Shown here in pieces: positions 19,084-28,532 of a stretch of DNA of 64,000 nt (the first letter of the stretch is position 1; every line of letters begins with the position of its first letter). Made by a program: the position numbers and the translations under genes. Under the pieces are notes generated by a model that worked only from the letters and a program-made list of their open reading frames with translations, searched no databases and was not told the DNA's origin. Origin of the DNA: a virus; the IMG/VR virus record IMGVR_UViG_3300006735_000013, positions 1-64,000 of that record; one strand, given 5' to 3'.

Positions 19084-22000
19084 AAGTCTACAGCCATGTA
19101 ATATGCTTTTACTAGGGCACTGAAATACTCATCACGTTTTCGTGTCGATCTTGCATTAGCCGTCTCTCTTGCCGGGTCGAATTTCTGCTTTGTGTCAGCC
19201 GCGGCACTAGCTATATCCTGCATCAGTGGCGTATTTTGTTCATTCGTTGCCTTTATAGCAGCCAATTCTCTCTCATCTGCCTCGGGGCTCTTCTCAAGAT
19301 CCCAGACCTCTTGCCGCTCTGCGTCTGTTGCTTTTGTATACTTTTTGCGCTCTTTACTTAGTTGCACATAGATCTTATAAAATTGCTTAGGATTATCCAT
19401 AACCATCTTCATATAAGCCTGCAGGCGCGCCTTACCAGGCTTTGCCCCACCAATCTTATCGAGAGCATCCAGCACTGATTTGTCATCAGAAACTGTCATA
19501 CCTTTCTGGTCTCCAAGTTTTCTTAGTTTAGGGAAAACTTTTGTCATGACACCGAAAGTGTTTGGGCCAACTAGGCCATCAATCTTGGCCCCACCCTTTG
19601 GATTGAACTTGCTCTTCTGTCCAAGCTGCTTTCTGTATTCTTTTTGGAATTTCATAATAGCTCGCATTGTTAGCCTATTGTAGTCACCTAGTCCACCTTT
19701 CTTTTTTAGGGCGGCCTCAAATTTTGGATATTTTTTTGCCAAAGCAAACTGTATATCCGTCATAGTAATCTCTTCGCCGCTGCCTCTATTTATGCTTTTG
19801 AGCAACACCTGTTGTCTCTGAATTCTTCCTTTGAATCCGCGAGCATACTTTCTTCTCTTCTTCCCTCTTTTTTGCTCAAACAAAATATTATCGATTTCTT
19901 GGTTGATAATGTTTATAAGATTGTTCACTTGTTTGCTTTCTTTTGTAACTGAGTGTTCGCCGGCTTGCTTAAGCAAGTAGAGCTTGTGGGCCATATCACT
20001 GGTGCCGGGGTATTTTCCAATATGATTGTAGTCGATATAAGGCTCATCCCTACCAGGTACAGCGTATAGCCAGTATTTCTTGCCCATTGAATCGAATTTT
20101 TTAAAGGTACCTTCTACTTCGTTCTTTCTGATCTTATCAATCATTGGCTGCATAGCCTTTTTGTTTGCCTTATAATCTATCTCTGCTTTCTTATAATTGG
20201 CACTCGCTTGGACCATTGCTCTTGCTTGATCGACAGGGTTATCTGAAACTTTTGCTTTAGCATCCTGAAAGAATATCCCAACTTTCGCTTTGCGTGAGGC
20301 TTCGTGTGTTTTTTCTCCGTATAAACCATCAACAGAAGATCTTTTAGTGTCAGGGTCTATTTTTGGTAAAGCGTTCATGGTAACCAATTGTTTTTGCAAT
20401 TGCTTAATGGCAGTCTTTGTTTCACCGCCGACCTTACCATCAGGCTCTCCAGCCTTGTTGAATGTTAATTCAGATTTTAGAAAGTATTGTTTTAGGCCGG
20501 CCTGAAGGTCTTTGATTGTCTTAGGTCCATCCTTTAGCCCTTGGAGCAACTTTTGCTGGTAACGGGTATTGCCCCCCACGCCGCGGCCCCCGGAACTTCT
20601 GCGGCTGCCTGAACGGCCTCCAGATCTGGATCCACTGCGAGATCTCCCTGTAGCGGACTTCTTGCCACCGGATGTGACCTGTGGCCACACCTCTTCTTCT
20701 AACTTTGTAATGTAAGTCATAAGGTATCGAAATACCGTAGGTCTGTCCATTGGATCCAGATTGGCCTTACCCCTGTTAAACTCCTTATTAGCTGCCAGTA
20801 CCGATTTCGGGATCCCATAAGATCTCATTGCTTTAAAGAGTTGATTGTGCCTTGCATCAAGCGCTTTCAGTTTTTCATCCTTGCACACTTCTTTGCCAAA
20901 TGGTGTGTCCTTCGACCCACCTTTACATTGAAATGTAAGATTGACAAGTTCGCTGCCAGTAGGCTTGGGAGGCAAGGGCACTTTCTCACCTTTGCTGCTG
21001 CCAAGCCCAAGTGCACTCCCCATTCTTTTGAAAGCGCTTTTTGCTGTGCTCCCAAACGCTTTTAAGGATAATCCGGAATATCCCCTTGCTTTTGCATCGC
21101 CAGCCACCGGCAGGTCAGTATAAGCACTCTCTACATCGATTTTTTTTCTTTTGGCTAAGTTATTAAAAAATTCGATTCTCTGGTCTAAAAGTTCTTCTTG
21201 TTTGGCCACATTATCACCGGCCTTTTTGCGCTGCTGCAGGTATGCTCTAATATTGGCCCGTAAGTCATCCTGTGTATTGATATCTTTTTGCTCGTTGATT
21301 GAAGTCCTATGTTCTTCTAAAGTTTTAGGAAGCTGGTTGAGGATTTTCTTATATAAGCTGCGATTTAGTTCTTCCTTTGCCCACAGTGTGTTATTACTGC
21401 AAAAGGCTTTTTCGTGACCTTTCTTCGGATTACTCGGGCACCAAAATGGTTTCTTTGTAAAACCCTTTAGCTGATCCATTGGCAAGCGTGTAACGGTGTC
21501 GTTAGGTGCCTCTTCTTGCGGTGCTTTCTTGGGCTCTGTACCCGTACCCTTTACTATGGCTGATGTAACTTCTGGTGGTAGATCTGTGCCCTTTGTACCA
21601 GGTGCTTTTGCAGCCGGCGCATTCAACGCGTTCCAAGTGTCTTGCTTGAGACTAACTGGACTCCTAAGGGAGTCCCAGAGCGCTTTCAATATAATTCTGC
21701 GGCCGTTGTTTGCTCGGTTTGGCATCCGGTCATCGCCTAAAGATCCAGCAATTGCTGGCCAGAAGGCCTGGTTAAATACTTGCTTTGGCATGCCAGCTTT
21801 TAGAAAAGCTTCCTTGTCTAAAGCATATAGCTTTTTATCGCCTTGCTCTTGGACTGCCGCTGCAGCGATGGTGAGGAGACTGTTGAAGAATTTATGCCAA
21901 AAGTTGATGTTCAAGGCACGTTTTTCCACCTTGGAGCGATATCTTGAGAACTTGTATTGGCCGTTATTATTTTTTCTAAGATAGCGTAGCACTGTCTGCG

Positions 22001-22547
22001 TGCTGCCGGTGTTGCCGGGGCCACTCGGTTTGGCGATCATGCTCGCAAGTTTATCATATCTGTCGCCCTGACCCGGTTTTGCAACAGTTACCTCATCAGG
22101 CTTTTCGAGCCACAAGCCGGTTTCTTTCCAAAATCCATTCGCCGCGAAGAATTTTTCTTCAATCTTTGCGACGAAATTTCTTTTCATTTTGTGAATTATG
22201 AGTGCACTTATCCTCGAGTATCCTTCTTTTTGGCTATATTTTTCTATATGCTCAAAATCTCCTTCAAGCTGTTGTGCAATAGTAAGAGGAGCTAGCCTCA
22301 GGGGATCTGTATAAAAAAGATAGGTTTTACCAAGAGTTTTGAATAATTTTGAAATTTGAAGATTATTATTCGGGTCGAATCTGGCGTTTTTATGAAAAAT
22401 ATCTTCGGCGCCTGCAGACTTCAATGCGTCAAGATGGTGATCAACTATCTTCACTGGTTCCTCGCCCGGATTTTCTTTCAGCAGGATTTTGTCTATTTCT
22501 TCTAAAATTACTGATTCTATATAGGTGTTGGATTTTGGTGCGGACAT
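19035..22547 (-). CDS. 1170-aa probable virion protein with two LprI/DUF1311-like motifs and two peptidoglycan-binding domains
   Basis: FWC...EKAFC...L and FQC...KEVCKDEKLKALD motifs; PDGKVGGETKTAIKQLQ/VDGLYGEKT and TMRAIMKFQ/IDGLVGPNT. Confidence 0.6.
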   Translation of the reverse strand: MSAPKSNTYIESVILEEIDKILLKENPGEEPVKIVDHHLDALKSAGAEDIFHKNARFDPNNNLQISKLFKTLGKTYLFYTDPLRLAPLTIAQQLEGDFEHIEKYSQKEGYSRISALIIHKMKRNFVAKIEEKFFAANGFWKETGLWLEKPDEVTVAKPGQGDRYDKLASMIAKPSGPGNTGSTQTVLRYLRKNNNGQYKFSRYRSKVEKRALNINFWHKFFNSLLTIAAAAVQEQGDKKLYALDKEAFLKAGMPKQVFNQAFWPAIAGSLGDDRMPNRANNGRRIILKALWDSLRSPVSLKQDTWNALNAPAAKAPGTKGTDLPPEVTSAIVKGTGTEPKKAPQEEAPNDTVTRLPMDQLKGFTKKPFWCPSNPKKGHEKAFCSNNTLWAKEELNRSLYKKILNQLPKTLEEHRTSINEQKDINTQDDLRANIRAYLQQRKKAGDNVAKQEELLDQRIEFFNNLAKRKKIDVESAYTDLPVAGDAKARGYSGLSLKAFGSTAKSAFKRMGSALGLGSSKGEKVPLPPKPTGSELVNLTFQCKGGSKDTPFGKEVCKDEKLKALDARHNQLFKAMRSYGIPKSVLAANKEFNRGKANLDPMDRPTVFRYLMTYITKLEEEVWPQVTSGGKKSATGRSRSGSRSGGRSGSRRSSGGRGVGGNTRYQQKLLQGLKDGPKTIKDLQAGLKQYFLKSELTFNKAGEPDGKVGGETKTAIKQLQKQLVTMNALPKIDPDTKRSSVDGLYGEKTHEASRKAKVGIFFQDAKAKVSDNPVDQARAMVQASANYKKAEIDYKANKKAMQPMIDKIRKNEVEGTFKKFDSMGKKYWLYAVPGRDEPYIDYNHIGKYPGTSDMAHKLYLLKQAGEHSVTKESKQVNNLINIINQEIDNILFEQKRGKKRRKYARGFKGRIQRQQVLLKSINRGSGEEITMTDIQFALAKKYPKFEAALKKKGGLGDYNRLTMRAIMKFQKEYRKQLGQKSKFNPKGGAKIDGLVGPNTFGVMTKVFPKLRKLGDQKGMTVSDDKSVLDALDKIGGAKPGKARLQAYMKMVMDNPKQFYKIYVQLSKERKKYTKATDAERQEVWDLEKSPEADERELAAIKATNEQNTPLMQDIASAAADTKQKFDPARETANARSTRKRDEYFSALVKAYYMAVDLCFKRPKTICRGTGRS

Positions 22548-22619
22548 GTGGGGTCTCCCTACTTACAAAACATTATTATACAATAAATAGTAGAAAGTTT
22601 TTAACAAAGCCAAGGTTTA

Positions 22620-24182
22620 TTAGAGCAGTTTCCCGTGGTTAAGTCTAGATAATATTCCTTTGGCTGCATTGGCCATGATACTCTCTCTCATTCCCATTCC
22701 ATTTGGCACTTTCCCACCGTGGGTTACAATTTCCCATAATTTTCTTTGAATCTTCTTTTGGTGAACGCGGTCTTGGGTTATTTGTTGTGTAATCTCTCGA
22801 ATCTTTGCTTTGAGTTTGTCGCGATGAATAAACGTATCTTTTTCAAATAAAGATTCGGCCATGCTTTTGCTTTCTATCTCTTCAGAATCAGAATAATTTA
22901 TAGCAAAGGATTCCCCTTCTTCAGTTGATTTTAGAATAGGAGGAGCATCTCCAGGGTAGGAAGCCGTCTTGAGCATTTCTGGGTTTCTTATTTCAAGATC
23001 CTCACAAGTAGGGCCTTGTGATGGAAAATTGCCATCTTTTAGTTTTGGCTGCCTATTGTTCTGTTGGCAGAAGGCAATTTGTATATCTTCTGGCCATATC
23101 TCCCATTCAGAGGCATAATATATGCCATCATAATCTTTGCGAGCCATGGTTTGCATTCTTTGTCCAGGGCTCCTTGCAGGGTTAGAGGTTGCCTTTGCAG
23201 GATTTGTCCAAGCTAAGAAAAAATCACCTCTTGAATCGAATATATCAACTCCGCCGTACTTACCACTCGATGTAAATGGCTTAATGATGGAGTCCCATAT
23301 AGTCCAACCAATCCACGCCCATGGAACAAATTTCATCAAATGTTTAGCAAAAAACCTTGCTCCAGCCTCTCGAAAAACTGTCAAAAAGGCCCGGGTACCA
23401 ATTCTTTCTAGAACTTTTGCTGCAGCATTATATAATTTAGATACTATTGCGCCGATCGATTGCTTTTTTGCAGGTGAATTCAAAATTCGAGCGACTACAG
23501 ACTTCTTTGCGTTATCTGATGCTGCCTTACGAAAAGCGACGTTGTAAAATACTTCATTTTTTAGGGTATGTTCGAGAAAAGAGGCAATTTGTTTCCACAT
23601 TTTCACAACAAGTGGGGCAGCCATCGCTGCCACTTTAGCTTGATTTTGATTTTCGAGCCCGCGCCCAACGCCAACGGCCGTCTTTTCAGCCCTTACCGCT
23701 GCCTCTGGTGCCGACTTCATAAGTTTAGACACCAAACTTAGCTTCCGCTCTTGCATCAGATTCTGTTCTATATAATTATTCAAAAATGATGTATTGCTCA
23801 TATCTTTCTTCTTCCTAATTTCCATCATATTAAATAGAGGCAAATCAACAGAATCTCCAGCACGGATATCATTTTTGGCAAACCACCCCTTGTTTGCCTC
23901 AAGAGCGTATTGACAGGGGGTGGCTGATTGGGCGCCATTTCCTTCTCCTGGTTCCATATCTTCTATTTGAGATATCTTGCCGTCAGAGGAGATAAATGCT
24001 ATAGAGAGAGGAATATAAGTGTCCTTCATCCAATAACTCATCTTTTGTGGCTTCTCATAGCAAAACAACATGCCTTGATCTTGGGGAAGGTGGTCTCTAA
24101 ATGAAAGCCCTTTTAGATGATCGAGATGAGTTTTCGCCAATTCGACGTTAATTTTTTTATTTTTTATTTTTATCGGCAGCAT
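22620..24182 (-). CDS. DUF192-like domain fused to a region paralogous to 16720..18318
   Basis: VELA...GLSFR...GMLF...WMKDTYIPLSIAF...YALEANKG matches DUF192; shared WEIWP...C...GPTC motif. Confidence 0.7.
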   Translation of the reverse strand: MLPIKIKNKKINVELAKTHLDHLKGLSFRDHLPQDQGMLFCYEKPQKMSYWMKDTYIPLSIAFISSDGKISQIEDMEPGEGNGAQSATPCQYALEANKGWFAKNDIRAGDSVDLPLFNMMEIRKKKDMSNTSFLNNYIEQNLMQERKLSLVSKLMKSAPEAAVRAEKTAVGVGRGLENQNQAKVAAMAAPLVVKMWKQIASFLEHTLKNEVFYNVAFRKAASDNAKKSVVARILNSPAKKQSIGAIVSKLYNAAAKVLERIGTRAFLTVFREAGARFFAKHLMKFVPWAWIGWTIWDSIIKPFTSSGKYGGVDIFDSRGDFFLAWTNPAKATSNPARSPGQRMQTMARKDYDGIYYASEWEIWPEDIQIAFCQQNNRQPKLKDGNFPSQGPTCEDLEIRNPEMLKTASYPGDAPPILKSTEEGESFAINYSDSEEIESKSMAESLFEKDTFIHRDKLKAKIREITQQITQDRVHQKKIQRKLWEIVTHGGKVPNGMGMRESIMANAAKGILSRLNHGKLL

Positions 24183-24225
24183 TTTTTTCTTCGGTATTTT
24201 TTTTCTACAGTAAAGGTGTAATAAC

Positions 24226-24651
24226 CTAATACCTTACTAATAAATAGACAACAATAGCTCCAGGACCCACTCTACTATCAACAACATTGCCATTCTTATC
24301 TAAATGTAGCATGGTAGGGACTTGCTTTATACCTGCTACTGAGGCTAGTCTCTGCACCCAAGGCTCGTCAATGTTTAGATAATAAACCTTTGTTTTGAGT
24401 TTAGCTCTCTGAAGGGCCCCACGGGTTAGGGTGCATCCATCACACCAGTCAGCTGAAAAAATCACCACAAAAGGCTTTCCTCGATCTATAAGAGCTCTTA
24501 TTTGGTATTCGCCAATATACTTAGAGTTCTTTCGATAGACTTCCTTGCCTTCATAGTGGACAACGACTTGAGTATTGCCGGTCTGAGTTGGTGGTCCAGC
24601 GGCGCAAGAGAGCATGAATAAGGAAAGCAGAGAAAATATTAGTGATCGCAT
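24226..24651 (-). CDS. thioredoxin-fold lipoprotein
   Basis: Lipobox MLSC; FSADWCDGC; IKQVPT. Confidence 0.8.
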   Translation of the reverse strand: MRSLIFSLLSLFMLSCAAGPPTQTGNTQVVVHYEGKEVYRKNSKYIGEYQIRALIDRGKPFVVIFSADWCDGCTLTRGALQRAKLKTKVYYLNIDEPWVQRLASVAGIKQVPTMLHLDKNGNVVDSRVGPGAIVVYLLVRY

Positions 24652-24833
24652 ATTCCAAGCTCTTCAAATCGACACTTAAGGTCTTCTAAATATTCAGTCA
24701 AACTAGCCGTTATTTTTTTGTCCAAATCATCAAGATGCTCTTTATCGAGAATATCGACCATTTCTCGACGGTTTTTGGCAGCTTCCCATGGGGTAAGCTT
24801 GCCTTTATCTAAATCTACACATATTATGCACAT
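24639..24833 (-). CDS. hypothetical CxxC protein
   Basis: MCIIC start with SD AAGGAAG. Confidence 0.6.
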   Translation of the reverse strand: MCIICVDLDKGKLTPWEAAKNRREMVDILDKEHLDDLDKKITASLTEYLEDLKCRFEELGICDH

Positions 24834-24842
24834 ATTACTTCC

Positions 24843-25106
24843 TTATGCCGGCGCAATCATTTTACGAATGTCTTGGGCCATACCAAGGTATGGCCCAAAA
24901 GTATAATTGCCGCCCCCATCTTGGGGGTGAGCATCGCCATAGGCCTTGCCCAACTCACCCAGCATAACTATAACCCTTTCGGCCAGTTCATGATATCTTT
25001 GGACCGATTCAATGTCACCTTCTGTGCCGCCCATTATTTGCTCTTGCAAAGCTTTTTGCAATTCTTCCTTTATAATTTGTTGTAGATATTTTTTTGAAAT
25101 CTTCAT
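24843..25106 (-). CDS. MKISKK-leader family protein
   Basis: N-terminus MKISKKYLQQIIKEELQKALQEQ. Confidence 0.8.
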   Translation of the reverse strand: MKISKKYLQQIIKEELQKALQEQIMGGTEGDIESVQRYHELAERVIVMLGELGKAYGDAHPQDGGGNYTFGPYLGMAQDIRKMIAPA

Positions 25107-25138
25107 ATGATTCTCCTTCTACTTTTTATGATTTATGA

Positions 25139-25777
25139 TCAACCGGGCGCCTTGTTGACAAGCTCTCCAAGCTGACTCGCGAGGGTTTCAACCTGGCGGC
25201 CGATCAGGCCCTCACCAACCGCAGGGCCTGCACCGGTGTCAGGGCTCACTATCTCCTCGTAGTCAACAAGACTAGCACCAATCTGGCTCAACTCACGGAC
25301 TATCTGTGCAAGTCGATTGACCAGGCGGCCGCGGTTTGGCTGTTTGATTGGGTACCCCGTCGAGCCCACAGTGCGTTTGTTCGTTTTGCGCCTTCGAAGC
25401 GCGCTGCGCGCCGAGAAAGACGGCTGCTCTTGCAAAGTTTTTTGCAATTCTTCCTTTATAAGCCTTTGCAATTTTTTCTTGGAAATTTTCATGTTGTCTT
25501 TTTCTCCTGTTTCTTCAAGCCGCGGCATAAGCTCTGCCGCTGCATCTACTTTGTTCATTGTATTGTTTTTTAGCTTTTTTAGCTCTTGATCTAAGTATTG
25601 TACTTTTACATCTAATTTCATAAGGCGACTGAGCGCCGCGCGACTTCCATTTGGATTTTTCTTGCTCAAGAGGTTTGTATACGCGAGTTCGCTGGTTGTC
25701 CCCGATTCATTACTGATGTTAACATCGCTTACTTCTTCTTTTATGATCTCCAATATTTTTTTTTTGGAAATTTTCAT
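25139..25777 (-). CDS. MKISKK-leader family protein (two units fused; internal SD+ATG at 25492)
   Basis: Leader occurs twice in frame. Confidence 0.8.
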   Translation of the reverse strand: MKISKKKILEIIKEEVSDVNISNESGTTSELAYTNLLSKKNPNGSRAALSRLMKLDVKVQYLDQELKKLKNNTMNKVDAAAELMPRLEETGEKDNMKISKKKLQRLIKEELQKTLQEQPSFSARSALRRRKTNKRTVGSTGYPIKQPNRGRLVNRLAQIVRELSQIGASLVDYEEIVSPDTGAGPAVGEGLIGRQVETLASQLGELVNKAPG

Positions 25778-25804
25778 GCTGTCTTGCTTCTCCTCTTTTA
25801 TGCT

Positions 25805-26437
25805 TTATGGGCCCTTTCTTTTTGCGACTAGAGTCTTCACGTCCACAGTGAATGCACCAGTACCTTGTGTTTTTGTTATGATCTTGTCTGTGTACTGCTG
25901 AGTATATTGGGGCAGCGTTAGGTTTGCCTTTTCGGCGGCTTTTCTCCTAGCACCTTGGAGTGGGTCATCTCCACGAAGAAGTCCTTGCCTTGAAAGAACA
26001 ACCTCAATCTTTTTTGGTCTAGAAGACTCTCGATCCTGCGCGCTCATAGCGGCTTGATCCATGTCAGCCTGTGTTGGAACATCCCCAACCCGGCTCCGAG
26101 CTGCAGCATCTTCCTTCTCTTGACTGGTCTTAACATCTTTTACATAGTTTAGGAACCCTGATCGCTCGTTCTCATATGAATATAGAAAGGAGTTTGCTAG
26201 TCTTTTTCTGTTTCCAGTTACTACCAACCCTGACTTCCCAGCTAAAAAGTCTGCTATAGCCTGATGATCATCACTATTAGAGAACCCAAGCTTTTCTCTG
26301 TTCTTGTACACAAGCTGCACAGCTTGTGGGTACTTTGTTAGCCATTCCATCGCTGCAGGCGACTTTCCTTGCTCTAGAATTGCAGCCTGTACTTCTTCTT
26401 TTATCACTTCTTGTAAATATTTTTTTGAAATTTTCAT
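25805..26437 (-). CDS. MKISKK-leader family protein
   Basis: N-terminus MKISKKYLQEVIKEEVQAAILEQ. Confidence 0.8.
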   Translation of the reverse strand: MKISKKYLQEVIKEEVQAAILEQGKSPAAMEWLTKYPQAVQLVYKNREKLGFSNSDDHQAIADFLAGKSGLVVTGNRKRLANSFLYSYENERSGFLNYVKDVKTSQEKEDAAARSRVGDVPTQADMDQAAMSAQDRESSRPKKIEVVLSRQGLLRGDDPLQGARRKAAEKANLTLPQYTQQYTDKIITKTQGTGAFTVDVKTLVAKRKGP

Positions 26438-26460
26438 GAGTGTCTTACTTCCTTTATTGT

Positions 26461-26877
26461 TTATCCTTCTCTCAAAGCTTCGAACTCATCTCTGAAAGCT
26501 TTTAGGAGTTGCCAGGTGGCTTTTTCTGACGTCATTCCCAGCCAGACAGACCAATTGGTCTGTGCTTCGGGTCCTTGTGGCTGCAAATGCCACTCTTCCC
26601 AGTCTTGCACCCACCGTTGAAGGCTAGCATCATTAGGAAGAACGCCCGATACAATCTTCTTTGCTCCTCCAAACAGTCTCTCAATTTTTTTCCGATGGAA
26701 ATTAGGGTTTAGGGCCCTGTTATCTGAATGGCCACTGAAGTCGTTAAAAACGCTTCGAAACGCAGCGTTAAGTTTGTGGGCCTTCGAGCTGATTTTCCCC
26801 CGTACGGCGCGCGGCATGTCGTATCTCGACACTTCCTCTTTTATAATTTTTTGTAAATATTTTTTAGAAATTTTCAT
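26461..26877 (-). CDS. MKISKK-leader family protein
   Basis: N-terminus MKISKKYLQKIIKEEV. Confidence 0.8.
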   Translation of the reverse strand: MKISKKYLQKIIKEEVSRYDMPRAVRGKISSKAHKLNAAFRSVFNDFSGHSDNRALNPNFHRKKIERLFGGAKKIVSGVLPNDASLQRWVQDWEEWHLQPQGPEAQTNWSVWLGMTSEKATWQLLKAFRDEFEALREG

Positions 26878-26949
26878 GGGGTACCTCGTAACTGTTTACC
26901 TAATAAATAGTGTAGTATAGTAAGTAGTACCAAAATCTCGAAATTTTCC

Positions 26950-27330
26950 GTGTGTGTAGCGCGTGTATCAGGGCGCACATCACCCTACATGTACGTATGG
27001 GACTTACATTCGGCTACACTGTAGGGGGGCGGGGGGGGAGGTAGCACCCTGTCGCACATGTAAGTCTGTTGTTTATATTTGTTTACCTTTGCCTACATTG
27101 TAAGTTATGTGTACACCTTTGTCTACTAGTAGCACCTATTAGCACACTATAATACATTGGCACCTATGTCGTTAGGTGTAGGTAGATGTAGTACAAAATA
27201 AAATAAAAATAAAATGAAAAAAAAAGAAAAAAAAAGAAAAAAAGTTGAGATACATGTAGGCATGTGTAGGTATAGCGTCCACCTTTACCTACGTTTCATG
27301 ACGTGTAGGTATTCTAAGTATTTAGAATCA
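26950..27330. repeat. non-coding block rich in CCTAC/GTAGG, with a G-run and an A-tract
   Basis: About 8 CCTAC/GTAGG copies, GGGGGGCGGGGGGGG near 27024-27038, and a ~50-nt A-rich tract near 27195-27243. Confidence 0.6.
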
Positions 27331-27410
27331 TTAGGGTTTTCACGGTCACGTTTTGATTTCTATGGTCGAACGGATTTCCTCAATGATTTCAAGGACATGC
27401 AACAAGAAAG

Positions 27411-27439
27411 TGGACTGTTCGCGGATCTTATGGTATAAT
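27411..27439 (+). promoter_or_regulatory. sigma70-type promoter for the plus-strand island
   Basis: TGGACT-17-TATAAT with extended -10 TG. Confidence 0.7.
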
Positions 27440-27529
27440 ATATACATATCAAGGGGCGAGAGAAATGGTTTTCTCGCCGCCGATTTACTAGGGCGCTGGA
27501 TTCAGGCCCACAATACAGGAGTGTCTATC

Positions 27530-27766
27530 ATGGCATTGAAGCGACAAAAGAATAATATTATTAACTTGGCAATGATGGTTACGACCGAGGATAATAAGGC
27601 CGGGGTCACAATCGACCAGACCATTCTCAATGGCAAGTCTGCAACCGTATCGGTGAGGCTGATCAATGGCGGCCGCAAGTCTGCCGCTGTCAAGCTGGAT
27701 CGAGGCGCTATCCTCGACCTCGCTGAAGCACTAGGTGAAGTCCTAAAGACCGATGGGGACTTCTAG
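27530..27766 (+). CDS. 78-aa protein, paralog of 29235..29480
   Basis: SD AGGAG; GVTIDQTILNG...VRLING.RK.AAVKLD. Confidence 0.8.
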   Translation: MALKRQKNNIINLAMMVTTEDNKAGVTIDQTILNGKSATVSVRLINGGRKSAAVKLDRGAILDLAEALGEVLKTDGDF

Positions 27767-28038
27767 TCCCTAGGCCTACGGGCCCGTTAACAAAACAGGA
27801 AGCCGGGCGGACTCTGATCCGTTGGATTATTTTAGCCACACGCGACCGAAAAAGGATAGAACGTGGATTTTATTATTGTACCCTTACTTATACTTTATAT
27901 AACTGAATATATGCCAGTCTCGTACGATTGGTCATGCTTAGAAGATTAGGATCTTATATATGTCACGCGTCACGACACGTACCAGAAAACCTTGTGTTAA
28001 CCGTTCATGGGCCAAAACCAAAAAGAAGGGATAACCCG

Positions 28039-28278
28039 GTGAACTGGATATTTCTTATTATAGCAGCCCTTGCCGTCGGTTGTGGTCATGAGCTAGATGA
28101 CCCTAGCCGATGCTGGGCTAGTAGTCCTGGATATATCAAGACGGAATTCGTCTGCTTTGATTATTCAGTCGAGCATAGGCTATGCCCCAGTCATGAGGAT
28201 AGCTCAGATTGTGTTCAGTCTTATGATATACCTGAAGCCCATTTGACCCATTGCCGGTCATATAACTATTGCGAGTAA
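28039..28278 (+). CDS. Cys-rich putative lipoprotein
   Basis: GTG start; MNWIFLIIAALAVGC lipobox; 6 further Cys. Confidence 0.6.
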   Translation: MNWIFLIIAALAVGCGHELDDPSRCWASSPGYIKTEFVCFDYSVEHRLCPSHEDSSDCVQSYDIPEAHLTHCRSYNYCE

Positions 28279-28281
28279 GCT

Positions 28282-28356
28282 ATGAATGATTTAGAGCGAG
28301 GGTTCACCGTTGGTGTAGTCCTGTGCTTATTAGTCTATATCGTCCTACCTTTTTAA
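28282..28356 (+). CDS. 24-aa transmembrane peptide
   Basis: MNDLERGFTVGVVLCLLVYIVLPF*, followed directly by a terminator. Confidence 0.4.
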   Translation: MNDLERGFTVGVVLCLLVYIVLPF

Positions 28357-28360
28357 TCAG

Positions 28361-28380
28361 GGCCCTTCAAAGGGCCTTTT
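28361..28380 (+). terminator. intrinsic terminator
   Basis: GGCCCT-TCAA-AGGGCC-TTTT. Confidence 0.65.
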
Positions 28381-28389
28381 CATTTACCT

Positions 28390-28532
28390 TCTCCGCCTAC
28401 ATTTCCCTACATGTCCTACATCCACCCACAGGTAAGAGTTTGTAAGAAGGGTAGGCAGCTGGTTTTCACCTCGGACCTACACTCGACTACCTTATCTTAC
28501 CTGTGGGTATACCTACTACCTTGCCCTACTCT
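28390..28532. repeat. second CCTAC-rich non-coding block
   Basis: About 7 CCTAC/GTAGG copies, including three tandem CCTACAT at 28396, 28406 and 28415. Confidence 0.6.

Noticed and set aside
27214-27438. Lys-rich plus-strand ORF
   Set aside because: It is a translation of the A-tract low-complexity DNA, with no RBS.
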